Source: Eledone cirrhosa
Lineage: Eukaryota
Direction of reading: 5' to 3'
DNA: 64,000 nt
NCBI GenBank assembly: GCA_964016885.1
Contig: OZ024740.1
Span: 126,170,001 to 126,234,000 of the forward strand
Part shown: piece after piece, positions 1-12,166 of the stretch
How the letters are laid out: the number at the start of each line of letters is the position of its first letter
Numbering within the stretch: the first letter of the stretch is position 1
Position numbers and translations under genes: made by a program
Notes under the pieces: model-generated
The model's database searches: none
Told to the model about the DNA's origin: nothing
The model's input: the letters and a program-made list of their open reading frames with translations, nothing else

Positions 1-2270
1 AAGAGATACATCTACCTATATAAGTTGGGGTTTTCCTTATCTTATTCAGTAAGTGCGGTGTTTCAGCCCTTGTGTCCCCCACCGGATCGTTAGGGGTTTT
101 GAGGGCGGGGTAAGTCTTCCGCAATCTGTGTTTGCATGCAGTTACCAGTTCGTCTTTTTTGATTAGGAGTTTATCCTTCATAAACAGCATTTGTAATGTT
201 TCCTCCGAGCATAAGTTACACGGACGACGTCCTCCCGTGTAAAAGTTAGCTCTGGACAGTAAACTGCAAGTAAGATGGTAAGTTATATTATTATATTGGA
301 GGTCCCAGATATGGCCCGAAAGTGTGGTGGCATGTCGCCGGACCGGGTTTCGGAACGTATGACGGTGTTGGTATAGCCGGGTCTTAAAGTCACAAGCGCT
401 TAATCCTATATAAGCTTTGTTGCAGGTGTCCGTCCTCGGCGTCTGTTGTTGAGGGGGCACGTAGATCTAACAGGGCAGTTACACCTCCTGGTCGGCTCTC
501 CACTAATTTCTAGGTTGTTTCTTCGATAGGGGTTGGGTTTTTTGTTGTTTGAAGAGACGATGCTTTGTGCGAAGTTAGCTGAGGTGCTGTAGCATAGCTT
601 GATAGTGTTTTTGTTGATTATGTTGTTGTAGCGGTGTTGTTGTGGAAAGTGTTTATCGAGGAGCCTAAAGAAGATTTTCCGGATAGGTGTTGCCACCTCG
701 ATATTGTGGGGAGGATTGAACCACGTTACGTGGCGTCAGCGGCGGCGTCGCCTGCTGGTTCCGCTAAGGGAATCTGGATAAAAGGATATTTCCTCCCGGA
801 AGCCACTCCGCTTGAGGGCCTGGTTGTAATAAGGCGCATGTTCGTCGAATATCTGCTCATTAGCGGACAAACGAGATATGCGGATGGATATGTTTTTAAC
901 CAGAATATTGGTGATGTTTCTAGGATGGTTAGAGCAGCGGTGGATGTAGTGCAGGTTGTCGTTTGATTTCCTGTATGGGTAGTACAGATCATTTTCGATG
1001 TTGAAGGTAACGCCCAGGAAATTTACTCGTGTTAGGGACGTTTGTAGGGTGATTTTAAATCCCCAGTCCCGGAAAAGGTTGATAAGTTGTTTACGGACCC
1101 AGTCTGTACTACTGTGGTTGTAGCCTTTGAGGGTAAGGAATCATCGTCTCGGTAAAATCCACCGCCAAATGCGGGAAACATATCGGTGAGTTTAAATAGT
1201 AGGAATAATCCTATAATATCGGTGACCTCGGCCGAATCGGTCGCGCCCATGCTGACGTCGAAGGGGGAGTCGGGAGCTCTCTTTATCCACTTGGTGTTGT
1301 CGAAAAGTAAGACTGTCTTCCTGGCGTGGAGAAAGATATTTATTTCCTGGTCGGTGACGGGCGCGAGTTTTTGGCAAAATCCAAGGCGGCCACAAGGAGC
1401 GGTATGGTAATAGATGCATAGTAACTGTCTATGTCGAACTGGATGAATTTTGTATCCCGTTTGTCCTCAATATTCCTGAACCATGAGATTACTTCCTGGG
1501 TGCTAACCCATAGGCTAAGTATCGCGTTTTGCTTAACTTTTGGTATAACGCGGTCTAGGATTACTGACCCTCCCTATGTCAGACTTCGTCGGGTTTATAA
1601 GCCTGATGGATGGTTTGCGATCAAAGTGGGATTTGTGGTCCTTCAGTGTGAAGTAGGGAGTCCGTCGGTCGAGGGGTTCAGTGCGGTCTGCTACTCCGAG
1701 GCTAGAGGTAAATTGTTGTCCATCTAGATTTATGTCCTCGATAACTGAGTGGTTAGCCTTTTTATAGGTGGAGTTTAGGCTGCTCCTGATCAGTGTGTGG
1801 TATCTGTCCGGGTTGACGAAATAGAGGTTTCCAGTTTTGTTCGAGTGCACCAGGATGTCGTTGGTGCTTTCATACTCCGTTATTTTGCTATGGAGTTGTT
1901 GTAGGAATCGGTTGTGTCTGGGTTTGAATTTAATATCCTTGATCAGTTGGTCATTCTCGAAGGGTGAGAGCATAGGGTTCGGTGGGGGAGATTTGTAGGT
2001 AATGAATCCGAATCTCTCCTTGGTGTCGAAGTCCTGGTTGTCACGGTATCTATCATAGAATAAAGTTCTCCATCTTAGTCTTTTCGAAAAAAGGTAGATT
2101 TTTTGCGTGAACATCCGAAGGTAAAGTTTTCTCGGTGGAATTGGGATGTTCTTGGTGGAGAAGTCAATATTGTGTTTTCCCATGGTGCGAGTAAAGAAAC
2201 TTGAGCTGGATGGAAAAGTCAGGATATGGCTTGGTAGGGCCGGAAAGTGCTCTACAACTGGAGTAGGAGC
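1..2270 (-). mobile_element. Penelope-like retroelement (Naiad-like), frameshifted; 3' end may run off the window
   Basis: Consecutive minus-strand ORF pieces: N-terminus MGKHNIDFSTKNIPIPP..KRLRWR, RT entry KDHK..RLINPTKSDIG, RT motif MGATDSAEVTDIIG..FYRDD, linker CNC..CPL, then GIY-YIG part AYIGLSACDFKTRLYQH..TTLSGHIW..CNLC..E..ELVTACKHR. Confidence 0.85.
1533..2183 (-). pseudogene. N-terminal part of Penelope-like RT ORF
   Basis: 216-aa ORF ending in a frameshift just after RLINPTKSDIGRVS. Confidence 0.8.
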
Positions 2271-2281
2271 TAGATAACGAA

Positions 2282-2412
2282 GGGTTTATAAGCCTAATGG
2301 ATGCTTTGCGGTCGAAGTCGGATTTGTGGTCCTTCAGTGTGAAGTAGGGAGTCCGTGGGTCGAGGGGTTCAGTGCGGTCTGCGACTCCGAAGCAAGAGGT
2401 AATTTGTTGTCC
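2282..2412 (-). repeat. ~130-bp diverged direct duplicate of the Penelope RT segment at ~1591-1721
   Basis: gggtttataagcct..gtccttcagtgtgaagtagggagtccgt..gaggggttcagtgcggtctgc..ttgttgtcc occurs at both places. Confidence 0.85.
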
Positions 2413-2463
2413 CTAGGCTGTGTGTATTCTTGATGTATATGGCATTCAATAATTATGTTGCAT

Positions 2464-2507
<44 letters not shown>

Positions 2508-3057
2508 TGGTATTATCATCAATATAGATATATATATATGTGTGTGTGTGTGTGTTTGTCTGTATGGATGTGTGTGTGTATGGATGTGTGCGTGCGTATG
2601 TCTGTGAGTGTACTGATACACGTACACACCCTCATTTACTCACTCACATGCATGTACACATGCATGCAAATAAACGCTCAGATATCCACTCAAAGTGTAC
2701 ACTATCCCTTTCAAAACCTCTCTAATACTTAAGATAACCACTGTCCATCATTTCTCCAAAATGGCTGACGGAACAGACAAGCCGCTTTTACTCCAAAATA
2801 TTTTTTCTGTTCTTTCCTGTTTACAATCTCTGCCTTTCTATTTCATCTTTTATTTATCATTCTATACGCCGATGACTGACAGGTGACCGAAACGTAAAAA
2901 CTATTTTGCTATGATATCAAGCATTAACCTAATATATTTCTTCATTGCACTTGTTGTCTGATTTGTTGTTTCTATTTAGTTATTGCATAAAATATGGCTG
3001 CTCCCCTCGTAATCGCGTATGACCATTGCACGAAACAGAGTATTAAAAAAAAAGAAT

Positions 3058-3088
<31 letters not shown>

Positions 3089-3111
3089 GTGTGTGTGTGT
3101 GTGTTTGTATA

Positions 3112-3183
<72 letters not shown>

Positions 3184-3215
3184 TATACATTCATATATAT
3201 ACACACACACACATA
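3058..3215. repeat. compound (TA)n/(TG)n/(CA)n microsatellite
   Basis: direct reading. Confidence 0.95.
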
Positions 3216-3224
3216 TATTAACCA

Positions 3225-4048
3225 TTAACTGTGCTTCGTATGAATGTGGCTTTTTAGCCTAACCAATGATCTAAAATGTCTTGCACATAGTTGGCAACCA
3301 GAACATTCATGGACAATAGTATGTCGTTTGAGCCTTCCTGCTGATCTACACTCTGTTCCACATGCTTGACAGGTATGATGAGCAGCATCTTTGACAGCAG
3401 CCTGGTTGTCAACCACTGGTCCCACTTTATGACTGCGAAGATGACTTTAGAGTCTAGACGCTGCATGTCAGTGCCATAGGACGACTTTGTTGTCGATATG
3501 TGATCCAGGTCTCGCAGGCATAAAAAGAGTAGAGAGCATATATGCATTGTACACCTTTACCTTTGTCTTCTTGCATATGTCTCACCGACCCCAGAGGCGC
3601 CTTTCTAGTTCTCCGAAAGCATCATTTGCTTTTCTAATCTTGAGTGGAATTTCATTATGAAAATTGCTGTATCGATTGACAGTGCTTCCCAGGTAGATAA
3701 ACTGATCAATCATTCCAGGCTGTTTACCATACGCGTAGATATTTGATTCATTGTATGCTTACCAAGGGCAGGTTGGTACATGACGACGGTTTTTGAGACT
3801 GACAGTCAATCTTAGGGCTGTGCAAGCATCAGAAAATGCATCCAAAATGTGCTGCATATCAATCTCTTTGTGCGCTATAAGATCGCTATCATCTGCATAC
3901 ACGTGGTCTCTTATGGTAGGGGTGAATACTTCTGTTTTTTTAGCAAAGCGTCTGATGATAAATATGCTGCCAGAGGTTCAATAGTAGATGTAAAGGCCAT
4001 GCTTGTAATTCCGATTGCAATAGAGAAACCCATCGCAAAGTATATGGC
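3225..4048 (-). mobile_element. RTE-clade (BovB-like) LINE 3' fragment with C-terminal C2H2 fingers, decayed and internally deleted
   Basis: Remnants of YADD-region ..LIAHKEIDMQ..F..C..LTVSLKT.VMYQP, FIYLGSTV, IRKANDAFG.L..RLW; C-terminal CQACG..LKRH..H / CQLC..LKSH...H. Confidence 0.7.
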
Positions 4049-4052
4049 ATAT

Positions 4053-4097
4053 ATACATACATACATACATACATACATACATACATACATACATACA

Positions 4098-4133
<36 letters not shown>

Positions 4134-4137
4134 TATG
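4053..4137. repeat. (ATAC)n + (AT)n microsatellite
   Basis: direct reading. Confidence 0.95.
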
Positions 4138-6785
4138 CATATAAATCTCTATGCATCCAGTAAATTCTACTCTGTTTCATTCAGACCATATCTATTTATG
4201 TGCCACTTAACAATGTACACTTTATAACGTTTAATATTTTGCTTTTACAAACTGATGCTTCTTGTCGTATCAACCAATCCGTTATATGTGAAAAACAGTA
4301 ATCTTTCTATATTTTAAGCTATCATTGATTATTTGTTTATTTTCTATATATCCACTTCAGTAACTTCAGTATTTCTTTGACGTTACTGCTATTTGACTTT
4401 GGTTGATATTGTCTTTATCACCCCCATTTTCTTTTATGAATTTTTGCATTTTGAAGGTGTCTGGCTGTTTTCCTTACAAGTTATGTTTTATATTCTTATA
4501 TTTTCTTATATATTACTGGATATAGAATTGTTTGCATTGCCTTCTCGTGCTTTATCTATATTTCCTTCAGTAGATTTCATTTTTCGATGATATACTTGAT
4601 AGCCAATGTGTTTGTTTGACAAGATTTAGATTTTCTTATGTTTCTGTAGCATAATGTGGTAACTGTTGTCTATTAATGACCATTCAGATTGTTCGATTGA
4701 GCATATCTTTTCCTAGAACTCTGTTGATAGGTGTTTTGTTTAGAGTTATAATTTCTGTTTGCTCCAATTCTTGTGTGGATATCTAAAATGTATAAAGCTA
4801 AGTTATGTTTCTTTTAAGGTTGTGGTTCTCTTTAGTAGATACTAATTCTAATTTTTGTATTTGCATTTTTTTATGATATCCCTAAATATATTTGCTAATG
4901 TATATGTCTCTAAAATTATAAATATATGTTCCATATCTTCATACTTTCTTATTTGACTTATCGTCATACTACAAATATGTACCATACTGTCTTTATCTTG
5001 CTGGAAATATGTATACTAAGCTTAGATTAATTTTACATTTCCCAATACTATTTTAGTCCTCACGAATTGGTTTTCGAGGAGTCGTAATCTCTGTATCGGA
5101 ACGTTTTAAGGCCGACTTTACTGCACGCATGGAAGTGCTGCAACTTTGCTTTACCATATACTTTAAGTATCTTGCTCAAGGCACTTCTAGTTCTCTCGGC
5201 CTTTTAGAAATGCCACACAAATCGTTTGCAAGCTACATATCATCATCCTTAAAACAGCTAGTGGATTATATAGGAGTGCATTGCCGAATTTGGGATGAAT
5301 AAAACAACAACAAAAAAGAAGTTTAAGTTGAAATTAATACTATTTATAGAATCTATTCATATATAATAAATTGAGTTTTGGACACTTATAGATAGGAATG
5401 AACAGAGTGCGTTAATATGATTGTATAGATGCCATATAGTGATTCATAATACCTTTGCACGTATTTCGCTCTAAGAAAAATATAGAATACATACATTTTG
5501 TTACATATTCCAATTACAGTTCAATTACAGTTCAAGAGAATCTGAATATTTCTTCATATATGATTTTTAAATTTAACTTGCCTTTATATTTCCAGGGTTC
5601 ACTCATTCAATCATGAAATAGTATTTTGATATATTCTTAAAATACTCGTATAGTAGCAGAAACATATATATCTAGGTATTCAATTTTTCTTTTCCTGTGA
5701 TAATTATTATTGCAATCGTTTCATCAAAACCCGTTATGTTTGTATATATGAGGGCATATTTACATAAATAAAAAAAACATATAAGAACACGCACATTCAT
5801 AAATGCATACATTCAAGCAAAGATTCATTCATGCATACATACATATATAAATCATCGGTTTATCACCACCATTTGAGATTTCGGAGCCATTAGAGGAATC
5901 AACTCTGCTGTAAGCATTTAGAGCCTGTTTCCAGTTTGAAAAAAATCTTCATTCCCGAATTCCAACAATTCCAAACGTACTAATAGAGTGAAAGGCATTG
6001 AAATGGCAATAAAACAACAGTATCCACGTATATCATTTATGTATCTGTATGTATAAAATGTGACATAATCCGAAAGAAGTATCACTCTATCTATGCACAT
6101 ATCTCAAAAAATACGCCCACCCCATATATATATACAACATGTACCAGAGGTGTTTTGAGCTATATGTTCCGATTCCTTGCATTCTCACATAAAATCCCAC
6201 TCTGACCCTTTTTACACAAATCAAATATTCTATAATTTATCTGTTAGACACGCAGTGACTAACAACATAATATTTTAAGACTGCGTATCTTCTGATCTGT
6301 CTGACTGATCTGTCTTTGTGACATGATGTGTGACTGACATACATGCGTAGCTTGTGAATAAACATTTCAAGGGGTATCGCTGGCCGTGGTGATGTCTCCC
6401 AAACATCTTTTGTAATGTATCGTCTTATTGGCTAATTTAATCGTCTTATTGGCTAATCAACCAACGAGAGTAATTGATGCTCAAAAGCATCTGCCACTTT
6501 GTTTGCACGTTTATTTATCGTTTCGCTTTCGAAACTTCCTCCAGTATTTCGTCGTTTTATCATCAAAATATATTTCTCGTTTTGGTAAGTTATATTGTTA
6601 ATTTATATATGATTTTTAAATTTATATTAACTATTAAAAGTCTGAAAATATTTCATACATCTTACAATAATATTTATAAGATAATTTATAAAATAACAAT
6701 TATATATTCTAATTACATTACAACGATAATTTATTATTAATATATATCATGTTTAACTAGAGTTATTACAAGGGTTGCCTTAAAA

Positions 6786-7170
6786 ATTATTAAACTAGAC
6801 CTCAAAAATGCGCAAGCTCAAAAGAGCCACAGGATGTTATAATAAACCTTCAAAAGTGTGGGACTAGAGTTGTTGCTAAAAAATATTGTAATCATTATCT
6901 ATCGTACACTCTGTGGCATCCTTTTATAAAAAAGAGACTCATAACGAACTCAAAACGACGCGATAATTATTTAAATGAATTTATAATACAGAATTCGGTT
7001 TAAGTGCATTTCGTAATCTTTTTTATAAAAGGATGCCACAAAATTTTTGACACGATAGATAATGATTACAATATTTTTGAGCAACAACTCTAGTCCCACA
7101 CTTTTGAAGGTTTATTATAACATTCTGTGACTCTTTTCAGCTTGCGCATTTTTCAGGTTTAGTTAATAAT
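6786..7170. mobile_element. MITE/foldback element with ~150-bp terminal inverted repeats
   Basis: 6786-6935 is the near reverse complement of 7017-7170 (e.g. aaaccttcaaaagtgtgggactagagttgttgc / gcaacaactctagtcccacacttttgaaggttt); ~80-bp AT-rich spacer. Confidence 0.8.
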
Positions 7171-7338
7171 CCATCATTGCATCCATCACATGTAATTTAT
7201 AATTCATCGTATATTATTTATATTATGAAAACAATTATCAGATTCTAAATAAGCTAATAATCTACTTATAACTCTGCATTATACAATTTAAATATACAAT
7301 ATATATCTCTTGGTTTAAATATTGATATTAAATTAATA

Positions 7339-7504
7339 ATTGTTTCTACTTTTGGCACAAGGCCAGCAATTACCCAGTGCATTACAGGTACTTATTTTAT
7401 CGACCCCGTAAGGATGAAAGGCAAAGTTAACCTCGGCGGGATTTGAAATCAGAATGGCAAGGGCCGTAACTCTATACGTCAAAGCATGGCGTCCGACGCT
7501 CTGA
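7339..7504 (-). mobile_element. tRNA-derived SINE (Nin/Deu-like core), lacking extreme 5' end
   Basis: rc reads ..ttcaaatcccgccgaggttaactttgcctttcatccttacggggtcgataaaataagtacc..ggccttgtgccaaaagtagaaacaatt, shared with several other copies in the window. Confidence 0.85.
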
Positions 7505-8863
7505 ATTAAAATATATTAACCTTCAGGTTTCAATGATGATATCAATTAATAATACATTTCTACATTTAATATTTTTTTAAATTCCAATGTTGCATTTATT
7601 ATTTGAGTTATAGAGATAAATACAAAGGGAACATTTTTTTAAATTCATTTAGAACTATAATTTACGTCATGTCGGTAACATTTTCCTATTTTGTTTACAA
7701 ATAGTATAAACGTATAATTTTCATAACATTAATAATTCTTATATTTTTCTCATTTCTGTGTCATTATAATCATATTAAATGTGAAATATAATATCTAATT
7801 ATTACCTTATAATATAATTTGCAACTTTGTCTATTCAGTAGATATCGAACGAGTTCTTTAACTCTAATATATTTTTCTTAATGCCTTTCTTACATTTTTA
7901 TTTGCTTTAGCTTGGGAGGTATTATGACATTGTTGTCAATCAAAACAAACATTTTAATGTTAATGGTTATTATTAGCAGTACATGGTTATCATATACTAT
8001 GTAATTGCTGTGATATAAGGGTACCATTCCACAGACTTGCTTTCTTAACCATTTATACCTTTACTGGTGACAATAATTAATATCAAATTCCTTGAAGCAA
8101 AGCTTTTATAGTGATATATGCTTGCAGCTATATATGAATAATGGAGTCTGAGAAAGATTTTGGACTATTTCATTTATTTATTTTGCTTTTTAATTTATAT
8201 TTGTAGAAACCTGTGTCAGAAGATTGAAAACACTTAGTTGACCCACTTTTCCTATATTATAATTTATATGTTCTGTAACATCGCATTTACTTACATGAAT
8301 ATTTATTTTGAAACATATTTACGGATTATACTAGTTATGAGCATATTTGTATCATCTTGCTTATTGTAGACTTACTTTGAACTTTAAACATTATTGGCAT
8401 AACACGGTATTGCCCGAATACACACACACACACGCACGTATTTTTTTCTCTTATAACTTTTCTTGATAAAAACTCTGATCAGCTATAACGTATACAATGC
8501 TAATATACCCAGTTGTTAATACACACTACCCCCAGCTTTGTAACCACGATTCCATTCCAACATACGCATATACGCTCAAAGTGTACTTAGATACAAAACA
8601 CACACTCTCATATGTCCTTCTTTTGTTTTGCTATTCTGTCTATGAAGGCCATCTCCGTCATACTTCTACTCTCTGAGCCTTATCTTTGTAAACATGTAGT
8701 ACTGATGAAGGACTAACCTCTGATACATACAACTTTCCACTTTCTTTCTTCAAGCTTGAACCTAATATGACTATAGTTGATGAATCTCTATATTTGACAC
8801 TTTCAAATATGTATATATATATAATATATTATTAAATGGAAACTATATTTATAAAACCATAAT

Positions 8864-8929
8864 TATTTTATTATATATATTTCAAGGGCGACCAAGGTAA
8901 ATTATGGTGCGCTTTCATCAGATAAAATA
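8864..8929 (-). ncRNA. minimal type I hammerhead ribozyme motif
   Basis: rc: TATTTTAT-CTGATGA-aagcgcacca..tggtcgccctt-GAAA-TATATA-TA-ATAAAATA; 8-bp stem I, intact core, palindromic stem III, imperfect stem II; unit bracketed by (TA)n. Confidence 0.75.
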
Positions 8930-9097
8930 CAGATTTGTTTTATAAATAGATATTGACATACCCGGAAAAAGGACAACCTCAACGGTTGAAATTCGCTAGA
9001 TAGTCTATATATATATATATATTGAGTTAAGAACTCAGAGCTATTTAATTGTAAAGGTCTACCCTAAGAAAAAAGCTTTTCCGAGCCGTACAATATA

Positions 9098-9353
9098 ATT
9101 GAATAAACAAGAGAGATGAACACTAATATAAACATATATGTATTCGAATCGTAAGGACTAAAATATGCCAGGGTGAAAAAATACTGACTGCAGCAATATA
9201 GTTTGGTATCCTTAACCTTAAATATTAAATTAAGAAAAATTAAGAAAAATAACAGACCTATATTGGGCAAAAATGCCTGGTAGCAAATTTTAGTCCTTCC
9301 GATTCGAACACATATATGTTTATATTAGTGTTTATCTCTCTTGTTTATTCAAT
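9098..9353. repeat. ~67-bp inverted repeat pair with ~120-bp spacer, ending at (TA)n
   Basis: 9098-9164 attgaataaacaagagagat..ggactaaaat vs 9287-9353 attttagtcc..cttgtttattcaat. Confidence 0.85.
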
Positions 9354-9690
9354 CAATTATATATATATATGTATATATATATATAGAGAGAGAGAGGGGG
9401 AGAGAGAGATAGAGAGAGATAATTTGTGATTCTTTTTGCTTCTGTGGTATATGTGTGGGGGTAGTTGATCCCTGATATACCACAATGTAAATGAAAGCGA
9501 AATTTAATTAAATTGTGCGGGCCAATCAAACAGATTTTACCTTATACTAATTAGGGGATATAACGATATAGATGATATAGACAAAGATGATGGTAATGAT
9601 GGTATTGACGCTCCTGTGGTGACCGCGTTGATGCTGTTGATGATGATAATAATAATAACAATATCCATGATTATTATTATTATGATTATG

Positions 9691-9722
<32 letters not shown>

Positions 9723-9723
<1 letters not shown>

Positions 9724-9909
9724 GGACGGTGGATTGGCAGTATCGGCAGAGGGCCGGACGCCATGGTTTTTAATAAAGAGTTACGGCCCTTTACGGTCTG
9801 AGTACAAACTCCGCCGAGGTTAACTTTGCCTTTCATCCTTACTAGGTTGATAAAATAAAGTACCAGTAATGCACTGATTTAATTCCCGGTCTTTTGCCAA
9901 AAATAGAAA

Positions 9910-9910
<1 letters not shown>
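9723..9910 (+). mobile_element. tRNA-derived SINE between (ATT)n and (AAT)n tracts
   Basis: A-box-like tggcagtatcgg, B-box-like gagtacaaactcc, core gcctttcatcctt..gataaaataaagtacc. Confidence 0.85.
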
Positions 9911-9957
<47 letters not shown>

Positions 9958-11886
9958 GGATGCCGAAAGAAGTCACGTGGTACAAAGGACCAGTTACTTA
10001 TTGATAAGATGGTAATGGGGAATTGCAGGAGGAGACACACTGATCTTGCCATGGGATGGATAGACTACAGAAAGGCATTTGACATGGTGCCTCATTCCTG
10101 GATCACCAAAAGCCTGGAGATCTTCAGGGTGGCAGATAACATCAGACAGTTGCTAGGCAGGAGTATGGGGTCCTGGGAGACAGAGTTGACATCAACTGGA
10201 GTATCCTTGGGAAGCGTGAAGATCAAGAGAGGTATCTTCCAGGGAGATAGCCTGTCCCCTCTGTTGTTTGTCCTTGTCCTGATGCCCTTGACCATTATGC
10301 TGCGAAAAGTGAGAGCAGGATACAAGTTGGGAAGGGGAGAGCTTACCATCAATCACCTCCTCTTCATGGACGATCTTAAGCTCTTCGGGAAAAGTGAGAA
10401 GGAGTTGGATGTGCTTGTTGACACTGTCCGTATTTTCAGCAGTGATATATGTATGCAGTTTGGTATTGGTAAATGTGGAGTCATTGTGATGAAGAGGGGT
10501 AGGTTGAGCAGAAGTAACGGGATCCAGATACCAACAGGTGAGATGATAAAGGAAATTGACTCTGAGGAAGGATACAAGTATTTGGGCGTTCTGGAGGCTG
10601 ATGGCATAAAGAACAAAAAAATGAAGGAATTGTTAAGAACTGAATACATTCGGAGAGTAAGGAGCGTATTGAAGTCACATCTGAACAGCAGAAATGCCAT
10701 AAGCGCAGTAAATTCCCGAGCTGTGTCTATTATTAGGTACAGTGCGGGAATTCTGAGATGGAATGTTGCTGAACAAAAAGAAATGGATAGGAAGACTAGG
10801 AAGCTATTGACTATCTACAACATGTTCCACAAGAGGAGTGATGTCGATAGACTCTACCTAAGGAGATCTGAGGGTGGAAGAGGTCTTATCAGCATAGAGG
10901 ACTGTGTTCAGATGGAGAAAAACAACCTATACAAATACGTAACCTATAGTAAGGAGCCAATGCTCAGAACTGTACTGAAGGAGGGGACAGTAGGCCATGG
11001 GATGTCCAAGGAGGAAATAACATCAAGGAGGAAGAGCAGCCTTAAGGGAAAATCCCTTCATAGTACCTTCTTTGAGAAAACTGAATTTAGAGATCCACAG
11101 ACATGGAACTGGTTGAGAAGAGGAGACCTCAAAAAGGCTACAGAAGGAATGCTAATGGCTGCGCAGGAGCAGGCCCTCAAAACGAAGTGGTTGAAGCACC
11201 ATATCTACAAGGAGGAGGCTAGCCCACTGTGCAGGATCTGTGGAGAGAGAGAGGAGACTGTGGCTCACATTGTGTCCGAGTGTAAACACCTAGCCCAGAC
11301 CCACTATAAGGGCTGGAGACACGATGTGATGGGCAGGGTGATCCACTGGCACCTGTGCAAAGTAAACAATTTACCACATTCTGAGAAATGGTATGAGCAT
11401 AGGCCAGAGGCGGTGATGGAGAACAATCAGGTGAAGGTGCTGTGGGATTTTAGGATACAGACGGACAAAAAACTGGAACACAATAGACCTGACCTGGTGG
11501 TTGTGGACAAAGAAAAAAGGTTCGGTCTGATTGTGGATGTGGCCTGCCCGTTCGACACGAGAGTGCAAGAGAAGGAGAGGGAGAAAATTAACCGATACCA
11601 GGACCTAAAGTGGGAGGTGAAAAGGATTTGGAACTGCCATGAAGTCAAAGTGATCCCGATTGTCATAGGCGCACTGGGGACTATCTCCCAAAGTTTCCAG
11701 GGATGGTTAAAGAAAATCGGCCCCTTCACGCTTTTTGGAACGCTTCAAAAGGCATGCTTGCTTGGAACAGCAAGAACCCCCCGATACGTCCTGAATATCT
11801 GAGGCTGCAGGTAGTGGCTTGATATTCAATCCAACGGACTTTCCAGTTAACCAACATCAATGACTGAGATTCAAGGAATGAAAAAC
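9958..11886 (+). mobile_element. R4/Dong-clade non-LTR retrotransposon (family RLE1), 5'-truncated, in (AAT)n
   Basis: Begins at [14 protein letters not shown] directly after (AAT)n and ends in (AAT)n; RT plus restriction-like endonuclease. Confidence 0.92.
10009..11802 (+). CDS. RT-zinc knuckle-RLE polyprotein, C-terminal 597 aa, uninterrupted
   Basis: [57 protein letters not shown]. Confidence 0.9.
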   Translation: MVMGNCRRRHTDLAMGWIDYRKAFDMVPHSWITKSLEIFRVADNIRQLLGRSMGSWETELTSTGVSLGSVKIKRGIFQGDSLSPLLFVLVLMPLTIMLRKVRAGYKLGRGELTINHLLFMDDLKLFGKSEKELDVLVDTVRIFSSDICMQFGIGKCGVIVMKRGRLSRSNGIQIPTGEMIKEIDSEEGYKYLGVLEADGIKNKKMKELLRTEYIRRVRSVLKSHLNSRNAISAVNSRAVSIIRYSAGILRWNVAEQKEMDRKTRKLLTIYNMFHKRSDVDRLYLRRSEGGRGLISIEDCVQMEKNNLYKYVTYSKEPMLRTVLKEGTVGHGMSKEEITSRRKSSLKGKSLHSTFFEKTEFRDPQTWNWLRRGDLKKATEGMLMAAQEQALKTKWLKHHIYKEEASPLCRICGEREETVAHIVSECKHLAQTHYKGWRHDVMGRVIHWHLCKVNNLPHSEKWYEHRPEAVMENNQVKVLWDFRIQTDKKLEHNRPDLVVVDKEKRFGLIVDVACPFDTRVQEKEREKINRYQDLKWEVKRIWNCHEVKVIPIVIGALGTISQSFQGWLKKIGPFTLFGTLQKACLLGTARTPRYVLNI

Positions 11887-11918
<32 letters not shown>

Positions 11919-12166
11919 TTTCTTTATTAACCACAAGGGTTTACATAAAGTAGACATTAAGGACAGTGCTGGACAATACAGGACGGTACAAATGGGCATT
12001 TCTGCGTGTAAAAAACAAAAACAGAGGATGTAACAAAAAATAACAATGAAAAATTCCCCAATAGGGGGGAGACTTCGGAGGGACATTTGTGGAGAAAGCC
12101 CAGTAAAAAGCCACAATGACCCTGACCACCAAGGCAAGTGCCCTCTCCCAGTTTTCCACCTTTAAT

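Noticed and set aside
40-110. Hammerhead at the Penelope 3' end (rc ctaacga..gaaac)
   Set aside because: G5 is replaced and no convincing stem I/III pairing lies within the window.
3225-3425. C2H2 zinc-finger ORF as a host gene exon
   Set aside because: It is contiguous with RTE RT remnants on the same strand and fits an RTE C-terminus.
4370-5060. Possible decayed LINE C-terminus on the minus strand (..EDMEHIF..)
   Set aside because: Too degenerate to assign by eye.
8695-8735. ctgatgaagg..cct hammerhead-like motif
   Set aside because: GAAA is absent (gata) and the stems are poor.
10092-11729. Antisense ORFs over RT genes (here and at the other elements)
   Set aside because: Shadow frames of the coding strand with no independent motifs.
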